55,864 bases of DNA, taken from positions 1 through 55,864 of the forward strand of contig CAZGXB010000001.1 in assembly GCA_964529615.1 (NCBI GenBank). The letters are read 5' to 3'. Shown piece by piece: positions 26,819 to 36,500 of this stretch (positions are counted from its first letter, which is position 1; each line of letters opens with the position of its first letter). Source of the DNA: an uncultured Candidatus Saccharibacteria bacterium (GTDB lineage Bacteria > Patescibacteriota > Saccharimonadia > Saccharimonadales > Saccharimonadaceae). Below the pieces are notes generated by a model. It searched no databases. It was given only the letters and a program-made list of their open reading frames with translations, and had not been told where the DNA came from. The position numbers and the translations under genes were made by a program.

Positions 26819-29800
26819 ATGAAATACAAAGCAGGTGAACGACGACGGGCGGCAGAATATGAGAAGGCGCTGGTGAACTGGTGGAAAAAGCATAAGATTT
26901 TCGAGAAGTCGGTGGAGCAGCGGCCGGAAGATGACAGTTATGTGTTTTACGATGGGCCACCATTCATCACAGGTATGCCGCATCATGGGACTCTGCTTAG
27001 TTCAATCGTGAAAGACGCAGTGCCGCGATTCTGGACGATGCGGGGGAAGCGGGTGGAACGGCGCTGGGGTTGGGATTGTCATGGTTTGCCGGCGGAAAAC
27101 TTCGTGGAGAAGCAGCTCGGGATCACGGATCGGCGCGAAATCGGCACGAAATGGTCGCTGGAGGATTATATCTTGAAGGCACGCGAATCGATGGTGGCGA
27201 ATTCGGAGACGTGGGAAGGGACGATCGACCGGATTGGGCGCTGGGTGAACTTCAAGGGGGCGTACCGGACGATGGATAAGGATTTCATGGAGTCGGTGTG
27301 GTGGGCGTTTAAGACGCTTTACGACGCCGGGAAGATTTATGAGGGGGCGAAAGTTTTGATGTATGACACGAAGTTTGCCACGCCGGTGTCGAAGTCGGAA
27401 GTGACGATGGATAATGATGCGTATCAAACAGTGACCGACCCGTCAGCCTATGTAAAATTCGCTCTCTCTCCGCGATCTACTTTGTCGAGTTCTCCAGTCC
27501 GCGGTCGCCGTATCTCAAATACGTCTCCCTTGCGGGCTTCAAACTCTCCTCGTATCTCATCGGAGATAGAAGCGAATTTTGAATTGAATGAGTTTTTGAA
27601 GGATGAGGCGAAGAAAGTGTATTTATTAGCCTGGACGACGACGCCGTGGACTTTGGCGGGGAATATGGCGTTGGCGGTGAATCCGGAGATGGAATATGGG
27701 GTGTATGAGACGGAAGATGGGCGGATTTTCGTGGCGCTGGCGAGCCGGGCGGAAGATTTGCAGAAGAAATTTGCGCAGAAATGGACTGAACTTAGGAAAT
27801 TCAAGGGTAAAGAGCTGGTAGGCATGAAATATGAGGCTTTGTATCTGGGCGAGCCAGAGAAGAAGCTGGTCGATTGGCAGAAATTTGAGAAGAAATATTA
27901 TCCCGCGAAGGCAGAGAATGCGCATAAAGTCTGGGGGGCGGAGTTTGTGTCAGACGAAGATGGTACGGGGATTGTGCACATTGCGCCGGCGTATGGTGAG
28001 GATGACTATAAAATGGCGCGCGAAAATGAAGTGCCGTGCGTGGACGTTTTGGATGAATACGGGTGTTATTTGCCAGGGGCGGATGAAGGCCTGAAAGCGG
28101 CGGGGGTGCGGCCGAACGAAGAAGGACAAATTCAGATCTGGGAGGCGAACAAGTTTATCGCGAAATGCCTGGAGGCGAATGGTCCGATCGAAAAAATTGA
28201 GTATATTCAGCACGAATATCCCTTTAATCCGCGATCGAAACAGCGAATTATGTATCGGGCGTTCCCGAGTTGGTTCTTTGATGTCATGGGGCAGAAGCCG
28301 CTAATGATTGCGCAAAATGAGAATATTAATTGGTTTCCGGAGTATTTGAAGGAGGGGCGGTTTAAGAAAAACATCGAGCAGGCGCCGGATTGGAATTTGA
28401 GTCGGGATCGGTTCTGGGCGACGGCGATGCCGGTGTGGAAGGGGGATAAAGGCGCCGTGAAGGTGGTGGGGAGCTATGCTGAATTGAAAGAGCTGAGTGG
28501 GGTGGAGTTGGAGGATTATCATCGGCCATGGGTGGATGAGATTGAGTTTGATGCACTAGTCGCGACAGGGCAGCAAATACAACCCTATCATCAAGGTGAT
28601 AAGATTCCGGAAGGTTATCATTTGGAGCATTTTAAGCGGATTGAAAAAGTCTTGGACTGCTGGTTTGAGAGTGGGTCGATGCCGTTTGCGCAGCTGCATT
28701 ATCCCTTCGAGAATAAGGAGAAGTTTGAGCGGAATTATCCGGCGGATTTTATCGTGGAATATGTGGGACAGGTGCGGGCGTGGTTTTATTATGTGCACTG
28801 TGTGAATACGGCGTTGGCGGAGATTGGGGTGTTTGGCTCGTCTTCTTCGAAAAAGTTGGGGAAAGATGCGAAAGTTTTGTTTGTTTGCTATGCGAATATC
28901 AGTCGTTCGCAAACGGGGAAGGCTTTGTACAATGAGTTGACTGGGAGTCAAAATGCGGAGAGCGCGGGTCTAGATGTGGATCAGCAGCCGGGTGAGACGA
29001 TTGCTATACGGAATGAAAAATGGGCAAAGAAGCTTGGAGTTGAGACCTATCGCTCTAAAGCGCAGGATCTTCTCTTGGAAGAATATAATATTGATATTGC
29101 AAATGAGCCGCGAATGCAGGTGATGCCGGAAATGCTGAAAGATTATGATTTGGTGGTGAATATAGCTGAAAAATGGCAAACGCCGGATTGGCTGAGGGGT
29201 GATAATGTGATTTGGTGGGATGTGAAAGACCCGGGTTTTGCTAAAACGCCTGAAGAGAAGGAAAAGCTTGCCCGAAAGGCGATAGTGGAGATTGAAAAGC
29301 GGGTGCGGCAGTTGGCCCGGGGAGAGGTGATGGATGACGGTATTGACAAAAAAGAAAGGGTGTGCTACAATGAAAGCATAAGCTCTGAGAAGGGCGCTGT
29401 CTGTAGTGCGAGAAAACAGCTGAATGCCTTTAAAAACGTGATTACGACTGGGACGTTGGCGGGGAATGACGGGCGGAAGATGAGTAAGTCGCTAGGGAAT
29501 TATACCGATCCGAACGAGCTAATGGATCAGTATTCGGCGGATGCGCTGAGGTTTTTGCTGTTGAGTTCGCCGGTGCTGTCGGGGGAGGATTTCGCCTTGA
29601 CCGATAAGGACGTCTCAGATGTACAACGGAAGCTGGCGATGATCTGGAATGTTTATGATTTCTTTACCACCTACGCCAGTGTCGATAACTGGGAGGGGCC
29701 GGATTTTTCGACTCATTTCGGGTCAAAGGTGAACGGACGTTGGCAGGGCGAGCTGAAGAATCCCTTGGATCGGTGGATTATCGCACGGTTGCACGAGTTG

Positions 29801-30595
29801 AAGCGAGATGTGACGCAGGGGATGGAGGAATATAATATTCCGCGGGCGTTGTCGGGGGTGTTGCCGTTCTTGGATGATTTGTCGAACTGGTTTGTGCGGC
29901 GGAGCCGGCGGCGATTCTGGAAGTCGGAGGATGATGCGGATAAGGCGGAAGCGTATTGGACTTTGTGGAAAGTTTTAACGAAGTTGGCGCAGGTTTTAGC
30001 GCCGTTTACGCCGTTCCTGGCGGAGGAGCTATGGCAGAATATGACGGGTGATTGGCGGCCGGAAAATAGCGTGCACTTGACGGACTGGACAGAGGCGGGG
30101 AAGATTGATGAGGAAATTTTGGAGCAGATGGCGCGAGTGCGCGAAGTGATTAACGAAGGTTTGATGCTCAGAATGCGCAAGAGTGAAGATGAACAGCAGG
30201 TGAAAGTGCGGCAACCACTCGCGAAGTTGGTTTATACCGGGGAGAAGCTGCCAGATTGGGGCGAGGAAATCGTGAAGGAAGAAGTCAATGTGAAGCAAGT
30301 CGAACCCGGCGACGAGACTTGGCTGGATAAGGAGATTACGGAGGAACTGGGGCGCGAAGGATTGGCGCGAGAGCTGATTCGAGCGGTACAGAGTGTGCGT
30401 AAGAAAGCGGATTTGCAGGTCGATGACCGGATTCGGTTGAGCATCAGTCGGGAAATTCCGGCGGAATGGGTGGAGACGCTGAAACAAGAGACTTTGACCG
30501 AGGAATTGGCTGAAGATGGAAATTTCGCGCATGATGAGATTGTGAAGGTGATGGGGGAGAATGTGACGATTTCGCTGGAAAAAGTGGCGGGATAG
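26819..30595 (+). CDS. ileS: Isoleucyl-tRNA synthetase (type 2-like) with two insertions
   Basis: FYDGPPF, GWDCHGLP, WTTTPWTL, GTGIVHIAPAYG, WNLSRDRFW, KMSKS; 1258 aa, longer than usual. Confidence 0.96.
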   Translation: MKYKAGERRRAAEYEKALVNWWKKHKIFEKSVEQRPEDDSYVFYDGPPFITGMPHHGTLLSSIVKDAVPRFWTMRGKRVERRWGWDCHGLPAENFVEKQLGITDRREIGTKWSLEDYILKARESMVANSETWEGTIDRIGRWVNFKGAYRTMDKDFMESVWWAFKTLYDAGKIYEGAKVLMYDTKFATPVSKSEVTMDNDAYQTVTDPSAYVKFALSPRSTLSSSPVRGRRISNTSPLRASNSPRISSEIEANFELNEFLKDEAKKVYLLAWTTTPWTLAGNMALAVNPEMEYGVYETEDGRIFVALASRAEDLQKKFAQKWTELRKFKGKELVGMKYEALYLGEPEKKLVDWQKFEKKYYPAKAENAHKVWGAEFVSDEDGTGIVHIAPAYGEDDYKMARENEVPCVDVLDEYGCYLPGADEGLKAAGVRPNEEGQIQIWEANKFIAKCLEANGPIEKIEYIQHEYPFNPRSKQRIMYRAFPSWFFDVMGQKPLMIAQNENINWFPEYLKEGRFKKNIEQAPDWNLSRDRFWATAMPVWKGDKGAVKVVGSYAELKELSGVELEDYHRPWVDEIEFDALVATGQQIQPYHQGDKIPEGYHLEHFKRIEKVLDCWFESGSMPFAQLHYPFENKEKFERNYPADFIVEYVGQVRAWFYYVHCVNTALAEIGVFGSSSSKKLGKDAKVLFVCYANISRSQTGKALYNELTGSQNAESAGLDVDQQPGETIAIRNEKWAKKLGVETYRSKAQDLLLEEYNIDIANEPRMQVMPEMLKDYDLVVNIAEKWQTPDWLRGDNVIWWDVKDPGFAKTPEEKEKLARKAIVEIEKRVRQLARGEVMDDGIDKKERVCYNESISSEKGAVCSARKQLNAFKNVITTGTLAGNDGRKMSKSLGNYTDPNELMDQYSADALRFLLLSSPVLSGEDFALTDKDVSDVQRKLAMIWNVYDFFTTYASVDNWEGPDFSTHFGSKVNGRWQGELKNPLDRWIIARLHELKRDVTQGMEEYNIPRALSGVLPFLDDLSNWFVRRSRRRFWKSEDDADKAEAYWTLWKVLTKLAQVLAPFTPFLAEELWQNMTGDWRPENSVHLTDWTEAGKIDEEILEQMARVREVINEGLMLRMRKSEDEQQVKVRQPLAKLVYTGEKLPDWGEEIVKEEVNVKQVEPGDETWLDKEITEELGREGLARELIRAVQSVRKKADLQVDDRIRLSISREIPAEWVETLKQETLTEELAEDGNFAHDEIVKVMGENVTISLEKVAG
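27454..27580. repeat. Palindromic element inserted in frame in ileS
   Basis: AAAATTCGCTCTCTCTCCG ... CGGAGATAGAAGCGAATTTT; encodes an S/R/P-rich stretch between DPSAYVKF and YLLAWTTTPW. Confidence 0.7.
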
Positions 30596-30628
30596 GCTAC
30601 TACGAGCATTGCTTTTATCCCACTATAC

Positions 30629-30804
30629 TATGTGCGGAGCGGATTTGTCGCGGCGTATTCTGGCAGCGTGAGGGACGCGGGCGTCAACGGCTATAATTGG
30701 TCTCAGACCAGCCACTCAGATGCCAGGTATGCTAACTATCTCCATTTCCTTGACTCAGGTATCTATCCTTCGGGTGGCTATTATCGTTATTTTGCTTTCC
30801 CGTC
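30629..30804 (+). repeat. Silent VR-like cassette C5 (aligns codon-for-codon with TR)
   Basis: YVRSGFVAAYSGSVRDAGVNGYNWSQTSHSDARYA...RYFAFP; 13 of the 15 TR AAY codons are changed at an adenine. Confidence 0.9.
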
Positions 30805-30851
30805 TGGCGTAGTTTTGTGTAAACATAAACATAGACTCTATCTCACTATAC

Positions 30852-31023
30852 TATGTGCGGAGCGGGGTTATCAACTATGTTGCGCTGGTCAATGCTGGCT
30901 CAAGGGGGTATGGTTGGTCTGACTCGGCGCGATTAGAAGATATTTATGCCTCACACCTTAGTTTCTATGAGACTAGCGTTGCGACAGAGAATCATGATGT
31001 GCGCCGCCATGCTTTCCCCGTCT
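30852..31023 (+). repeat. Silent VR-like cassette C6
   Basis: YVRSGVINYVALVNAGSRGYGWSD...VRRHAFPV. Confidence 0.88.
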
Positions 31024-31065
31024 GGCATACGTCTGTGTGCGATCGCGTGACACCGATGCTGCGGG

Positions 31066-31243
31066 GGACTGGGAAAGCAAAGCAACGAGCGCTTTTGTCC
31101 GACGAACCAATCCTAGAGTCGTTGAAGCTGAGGCCATAGGCACGGGTAGCTTCTGGGCTAGATTCCCGTGACCAGTTGTCATCAGTGGCGCCAACGTATC
31201 TTAAAACATTATCGTACATGTTGATGTAGCCGCTCCGCACATA
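31066..31243 (-). repeat. Silent VR-like cassette C7
   Basis: YVRSGYINMYDNVLRYVGATDDNWSR...ARCFAFPV. Confidence 0.88.
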
Positions 31244-31281
31244 GTATAGTGAAGTAGAGATAATATACTATATCTAAGGTT

Positions 31282-31405
31282 TATTACTATTTCTCCCTTC
31301 TCCTCGAGAGAACCGCTTGCGCGCCCGTCCACACGGGGCGCGCGCTCTGCGCTGCGCGTGTGCTCGCGCTTTTATTCTCTCTCAGAGAAGGGAGAAATAG
31401 TAATA
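31282..31405. repeat. MITE-like element with 21-bp perfect terminal inverted repeats, copy B
   Basis: TATTACTATTTCTCCCTTCTC ... GAGAAGGGAGAAATAGTAATA around a GC-rich interior. Confidence 0.85.
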
Positions 31406-31473
31406 CACTCGCATATAGTCATTATCATTCTTTCTCTTCTTCGTAATATCAAAGTGTAATCGTTTCCGATGCT

Positions 31474-31655
31474 GCAACGAACGGGAAAGCATCATGCCTA
31501 TTGCCTTCTGCGATTGAAGGATTTGTATGGCTCGAATCTTGGATATAGAAAAACCTAGCACTTGTCTCCCCAACAGCTATATTAGACCAAGCATAGCTAC
31601 GTGTACCAGCAAATCCTAGTAGTTTGTCCACTAAGATTGACCCGCTCCGCACATA
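31474..31655 (-). repeat. Silent VR-like cassette C8
   Basis: YVRSGSILVDKLLGFAGTRSYAWSN...NRHDAFP. Confidence 0.88.
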
Positions 31656-31778
31656 GTATGATGGGGTAAAGTTTATGCTTGTATGCTTCACCTTATGGCG
31701 GACAGCTGTCCGCCATAGACCAGCGAAGAATAGGGGTGGACAAACATTTATCGCAGACACGTGTCCGCGAAGAGACTG

Positions 31779-31956
31779 GGACGCGGAAAGCAGCATGGCG
31801 AGACTCTCTAGCTGAGGAAAGCACATCAGGATTTACGAAGTCTAGATTATAAGCCTTTGTAATGTCCGCGTCTGATATTGCAGACCATGTGACGCTATTT
31901 GCGGCCGCATATTTCAAGACGTGAGAATATGCGCTAATCCACCCGCTCCGCACATA
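31779..31956 (-). repeat. Silent VR-like cassette C9
   Basis: YVRSGWISAYSHVLKYAAANSVTWSA...SRHAAFRV. Confidence 0.87.
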
Positions 31957-32129
31957 GTATGATAGGGTATAGGTAATGATGATAATAATCTCATCTTTTG
32001 GATATATAAAGCAGTCGAAATCCTTTAATAAAGCTCCAAAATTCCAAAATTAACAGAAAGAAATTTAGGTTGAACTTGTAATGGCTTTACAAGTTGGAGA
32101 CATATAACAATGCCTTAACCTTACTATAC

Positions 32130-32297
32130 TATGTGCGGAGCGGGCACATTCACGATCTGGAGTCGGTGGGAGGAAGTGGTTATGCGTGGTCAGATACGGC
32201 GCAAACCGAAATTGGCCGTGCTGGCTATCTTGGATTTTACGTCGGTACGGTGCTGGCATCGATTTATAATAATCGTTATTTTGCTTTCCCCGTCCGT
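32130..32297 (+). repeat. Silent VR-like cassette C10
   Basis: YVRSGHIHDLESVGGSGYAWSD...NRYFAFPVR then TAA. Confidence 0.88.
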
Positions 32298-32620
32298 TAA
32301 AATCTAGAAAAGCCCAAAACATGAGTAGAAGCTTGGAGGGGAATGATGAGAGATGAATGACGAGAAAATGGATGGTGTAAACATGAATGACGGCACGCAT
32401 GTGGAGGAAATGTTGTAGAAAATACAGCAAAAGTCAAGCCGAAGATTACAGGGGTGAGAGTAGGGAATTTTGACATTTTTAGAGAATAAAGCATAAAAAG
32501 TATTGACTTTTTGGAGGATGTGTGCTAGTATAAGGACAGTTAGATAAAAACATAAAAACATCTAACCAACAAAAATCAACCAAAAATATAACATAAAAAT
32601 AAGAAAAGGAAAATAAAACC

Positions 32621-32890
32621 ATGAGTGAAAAACTCAAAAACCAAAAAGGAGATCAGACCGATGTAAAGATGAAGATTATCGACTTTGATCCGCTCGACAC
32701 CAAAACTCGTAAAGACGACGATGGTTGGAATACAATGCAGTTTTATGGTGAAACGGACGGCGACGAAGCGAAATATGAGTCGCAGGCGGACGAAAAATTG
32801 TCGCTGGAGGCGCAGAAGGGGATCACGAATTTCCGGGCGCGGAAACTGGGCAAGATGATGATCCAGGCGGCAACAGTGAATGTGGCGTGA
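32621..32890 (+). CDS. Small hypothetical protein
   Basis: 89-aa ORF downstream of a TTGACT-17-TAGTAT promoter-like sequence. Confidence 0.55.
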   Translation: MSEKLKNQKGDQTDVKMKIIDFDPLDTKTRKDDDGWNTMQFYGETDGDEAKYESQADEKLSLEAQKGITNFRARKLGKMMIQAATVNVA

Positions 32891-33194
32891 AGTCTGCGTG
32901 GGAAAAAGCTTGAACATTTAGCGATGGAAATTAGCTTGTGGTCAAAATTTTTCCAAATTATCGTAAGTGTTATTGCGTAAAAGCAGCAGCATGATTAGAC
33001 GATGTAATCTGAAGTAAGGAGAGTATTTATAAGATAGACGTCAATTAAAGCAAAAGTGAAATAGGAGAAACGTATAAGATAGAATATACCAAAGAGCCGA
33101 ACTTAGTTCGGTTTTTTGGGGTAAGGATGAGGGGTTTGACTTGCGATAGCCCTTGTGGTAAACTGGGCAAAAGTCATGTAGAAAGGTAATACTG

Positions 33195-33527
33195 ATGCCA
33201 CGATTTACACTAACCAAAGAAAGAGTCTTATCGGCGTTCGTCAACCAGATGATAGCGGATAAAGGGCTGACGACCTTGGGTCAGCCGGAAAAAACTAAGC
33301 TCAAAGCGAAAATCTTGGATGAGCTGAATTCGCAGCTGGAACGGGCGATTATTGCGGCGCTGCCGGACGAGAAATTGGCGCAACTGAGCGATTTGCTGGA
33401 TGCAGACACGAAGGTGACGGATGAGCAGATCGAGGGGATTTTCCAAGGGCATGAAGAAAAATACGAAATCGTGGTGGCACAGACGATGAAGGCGTTTCGG
33501 ATGGAATTTTTAGGAGGAGGGCGTTAA
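33195..33527 (+). CDS. Small helical hypothetical protein (DUF5663-like)
   Basis: FVNQMIADKGL...ELNSQLERAIIAALPDEKL pattern; 1 nt from next gene. Confidence 0.6.
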   Translation: MPRFTLTKERVLSAFVNQMIADKGLTTLGQPEKTKLKAKILDELNSQLERAIIAALPDEKLAQLSDLLDADTKVTDEQIEGIFQGHEEKYEIVVAQTMKAFRMEFLGGGR

Positions 33528-33528
33528 G

Positions 33529-36500
33529 ATGGGACCGAACAGAGGATTTGGGGGATTTGGCGTAGGGAATAATTATCCGGCTGAGGGGACGGCAGCCTTG
33601 AATGCGAACGCTTGGAACGGGGCGAATCAAGATCCGGCGAACGTGGTGGATTTGCCGCAATATCAGGAGTTGCAACAGCAGATCGACCAGAAGACGGAAG
33701 ATATGAAGGCGATGGATCCGAATAGCTATGAATATAAGCGGGCGGGTTTGCAGATTTACGATTGGAAAAATAAGCAGCGTGAATTAGCGGCGGGGCAGAC
33801 GAGCGCGGAAGTCCAGGCGAATCAGGCGGAGCGCTTGAATGCGCAACAAGCTCAGGTGGTGGGGCAGAAGGCGATGGAAGCGGCTAATGCGACGACGGGT
33901 ACGACCCCGGGATTGGCGCCGAAAGCTGAGACGCCAGCGCAACCAGCCGAAGCAGCGCAATCAGCCGAGACGGCGCAAGCGCAGCCGGCGACGGTGACGC
34001 CGGAAGCGGCCGTGCAACATGCGGCGGAAGCGGTGCAACAAACGCAGGAGGGCACGCAGGAAGTCGCGGCGAGCTTGGCTGCGGCCGAGCCACAGCTGGA
34101 ACAGGCGCGGGCGAACGTGGAAGCAGTGCAGCAACAAGCGCAGGGCGAAGCAGCGGCGACTCAGCGGATGAACTTCGCGAATCTGAAAAATGCTGTGGGG
34201 GCGGCGCGAGCGAATCAGGCGACGACTGCGGCGAATGTGCAGCAGAGCGCAGCGGAAAATGCGGGACAGAAAGTGAATTATGAAGCCAGCGCGGAGCAGC
34301 AGGAGAAACTGCGGAAAGACTTGATCGAGACGGAAATGCGGCGGCTGGAAGAGACACATCCGCGGGAGATTTCTCAGGAGACACGTGAGCGCATGGCGAC
34401 ATTGGCCGTGGATGAGATGATGAAGAAATATGGCACGGGCGACGTCGAGAAATTGCAGGAATTCCTGAAGGATCCGATCGCAGAGCGCCGGAAAAAGCAG
34501 GCGCGGATGGCGGAAGCGGAAGATTTGAGCGCGCGGCAGGGAGCGATCGAGCAGATTTTGCAAAATCGCGAGCCGCAGGAGGCGTTTGATGACCTCGACC
34601 GGCAGATTGGTACGCTGGCGCAGGAGCTGGCGAGCATGTCGAAGGAGCGGCCGTTGACGAAAGAAAATACGCGTCGGACGATGGAAGCGATTTCGGAGAT
34701 GGCGGGGCTGAGGACGAAGATGAATGCGTTGCTGGATTATGCTGACCAGAATGGTATCGAGTTTAGCCGGGCGGATGATGGTCTGGAAGACGCGGCGGCG
34801 ATTGACTATGGAACGCCGGACGGTCGGACGCAGGAGGAGCTGGACCGGCAGGCAGCGGAGAGAGTGGCGGCGCTGACGGGGAATGATGAAGTGATCCCGC
34901 AGGTGGAAGCGGCAATCCAGGGGGGGCAGAATGAAATCGAGGAAGGTTGGTATCCGAACAAGGAAGTGGACGAGAAAATTTTGAGCGATTTGGCGGCGAT
35001 GGAAGCTGAGGGGATTTGGCAGCAAATTGGGATGCAAGAAGACCCGAAGGCTTATGTCGTCGAATTGGTAGAGCGCGAAATGCCGGAAGCGGAAGTCAGC
35101 GCGAAGAATCGTCGGGTGCATGAATACTGGGAGAAATATCAACACTATGAGCAGTTGAAGCGGCTGGCGGAGAATGTGGGGCGATCGAACGGTTATGACG
35201 GCGGGGATAGCGCGGAGACGCGGACGAGTTTGTCGCCAGAAGAAATCGCGGCGGCGAAGAGTGAGATGTCGAACGGTTTGAGCGCGGAAGAGCAAGCGAA
35301 GATCGCACAGGAGAATGCGGAGGTCTTGGAGGGGCGCGAAGGACTGGTGTCGCGGATTATGGAACGCCTGAAGAAGCATCCGAAAGTTTATCGCTTCGTG
35401 AAAAAAGCCGTGGCCGGGACAGTGGGGACGCTGGGAACGTTTACGGCGGTGTTTGCGCACCCGGCGAATGCGATGGCTGCGGGTGGAGGCGGCGAAATTA
35501 TGTCCTATGACGACTACTTGAAAGAGACGGAACGCGCAGCGGCAGAAGGTCGAGCGGGACAGACTGGCGGACGCGAAGCGGTAGGTGCGAAGATTAAGGA
35601 TCTGCAAGCCGAGGCGATGAAGGCGCTGGAAGCGGCAGGTTTGACTCCGGAAGAAATGGGGAATACAGCGGAGACGCGAGAGCTGAATGTGAATGGTTCG
35701 CGCTCGGACTATGCGCCGGATTATGCTAACTTCGAGGAAAAATCGGGACCATATAATTATGGTGTGGATAAAAGTGAATATTATGGCAATGCGCGCGGGG
35801 CGCTGGATAGCTTGATTGAGATTGGGCGAAATCAGCCGGAGTCGCAAGCGTCGTATTTCGCCGGCTTGGGACAGACAGAATCGGGACGGCAGATTTGGAA
35901 GGAATGCGGAATTAACTTCGAGCCGAGCGGGGATATCTATGAGGATATGCGCAAGATCGACGACATTATCAGTAATGCGGAGAATGGCGCGGAAGTCCAA
36001 GCGAAAATTGACGCGAAGATGGCGGAAATTCTTGGGAATGAGCATACTGAACGGGCAGTGAAATTCTATCAAGAATACCGGAAGGAAAAGACTTCGTATA
36101 TTTATCAGATTGATATGCGCGGCGAGGGGCGGTTCGACTCAAGCGATCTCGAGCTGGGATACAGTGTGAAGCAGCGGAGCGGACAGAAGCAGATGTTGGT
36201 CGGAATGTATGCTGAGGATGGGACTTATCTCGGGACGATCGACCTGAATATGGAATGTGGCTTCCAAGTGAATGTGGAAATGTCGCAGGAAGATCAGGAG
36301 AAAGTGGCGAAAGAAGTGCAAAAAATCCAGCGGGCGGTGAAAGAAAATCCCGAGCTGCGCTGGGAAGAAGTGCCGGGGATGGCCGATGAGCTGAGGACTG
36401 TCACATGGAACATCGATCCGATTGATCCGGGGACGCCGGATACGCCGCCAGATACACCACCAGAGCCGGATACACCGCCGGATACTCCACCGGAACCAGA

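Noticed and set aside
28840-29420. Intein or self-splicing intron in ileS
   Set aside because: No intein splice-junction motifs (N-terminal C/S, C-terminal HN) or LAGLIDADG motif; frame is continuous and the motifs fit a CX5R phosphatase fold
30629-32297. CRISPR array (recurring TATGTGCGGAGCGG with variable intervening sequence)
   Set aside because: Units are ~175 bp, mutually homologous, in mixed orientation and protein-coding-like; no regular repeat-spacer period and no cas genes
33961-36072. Long antisense ORFs (703 aa here; also 51425-53140, 3193-4083, 5064-6179, 6385-7287)
   Set aside because: Shadow frames opposite well-supported genes, expected from biased codon usage
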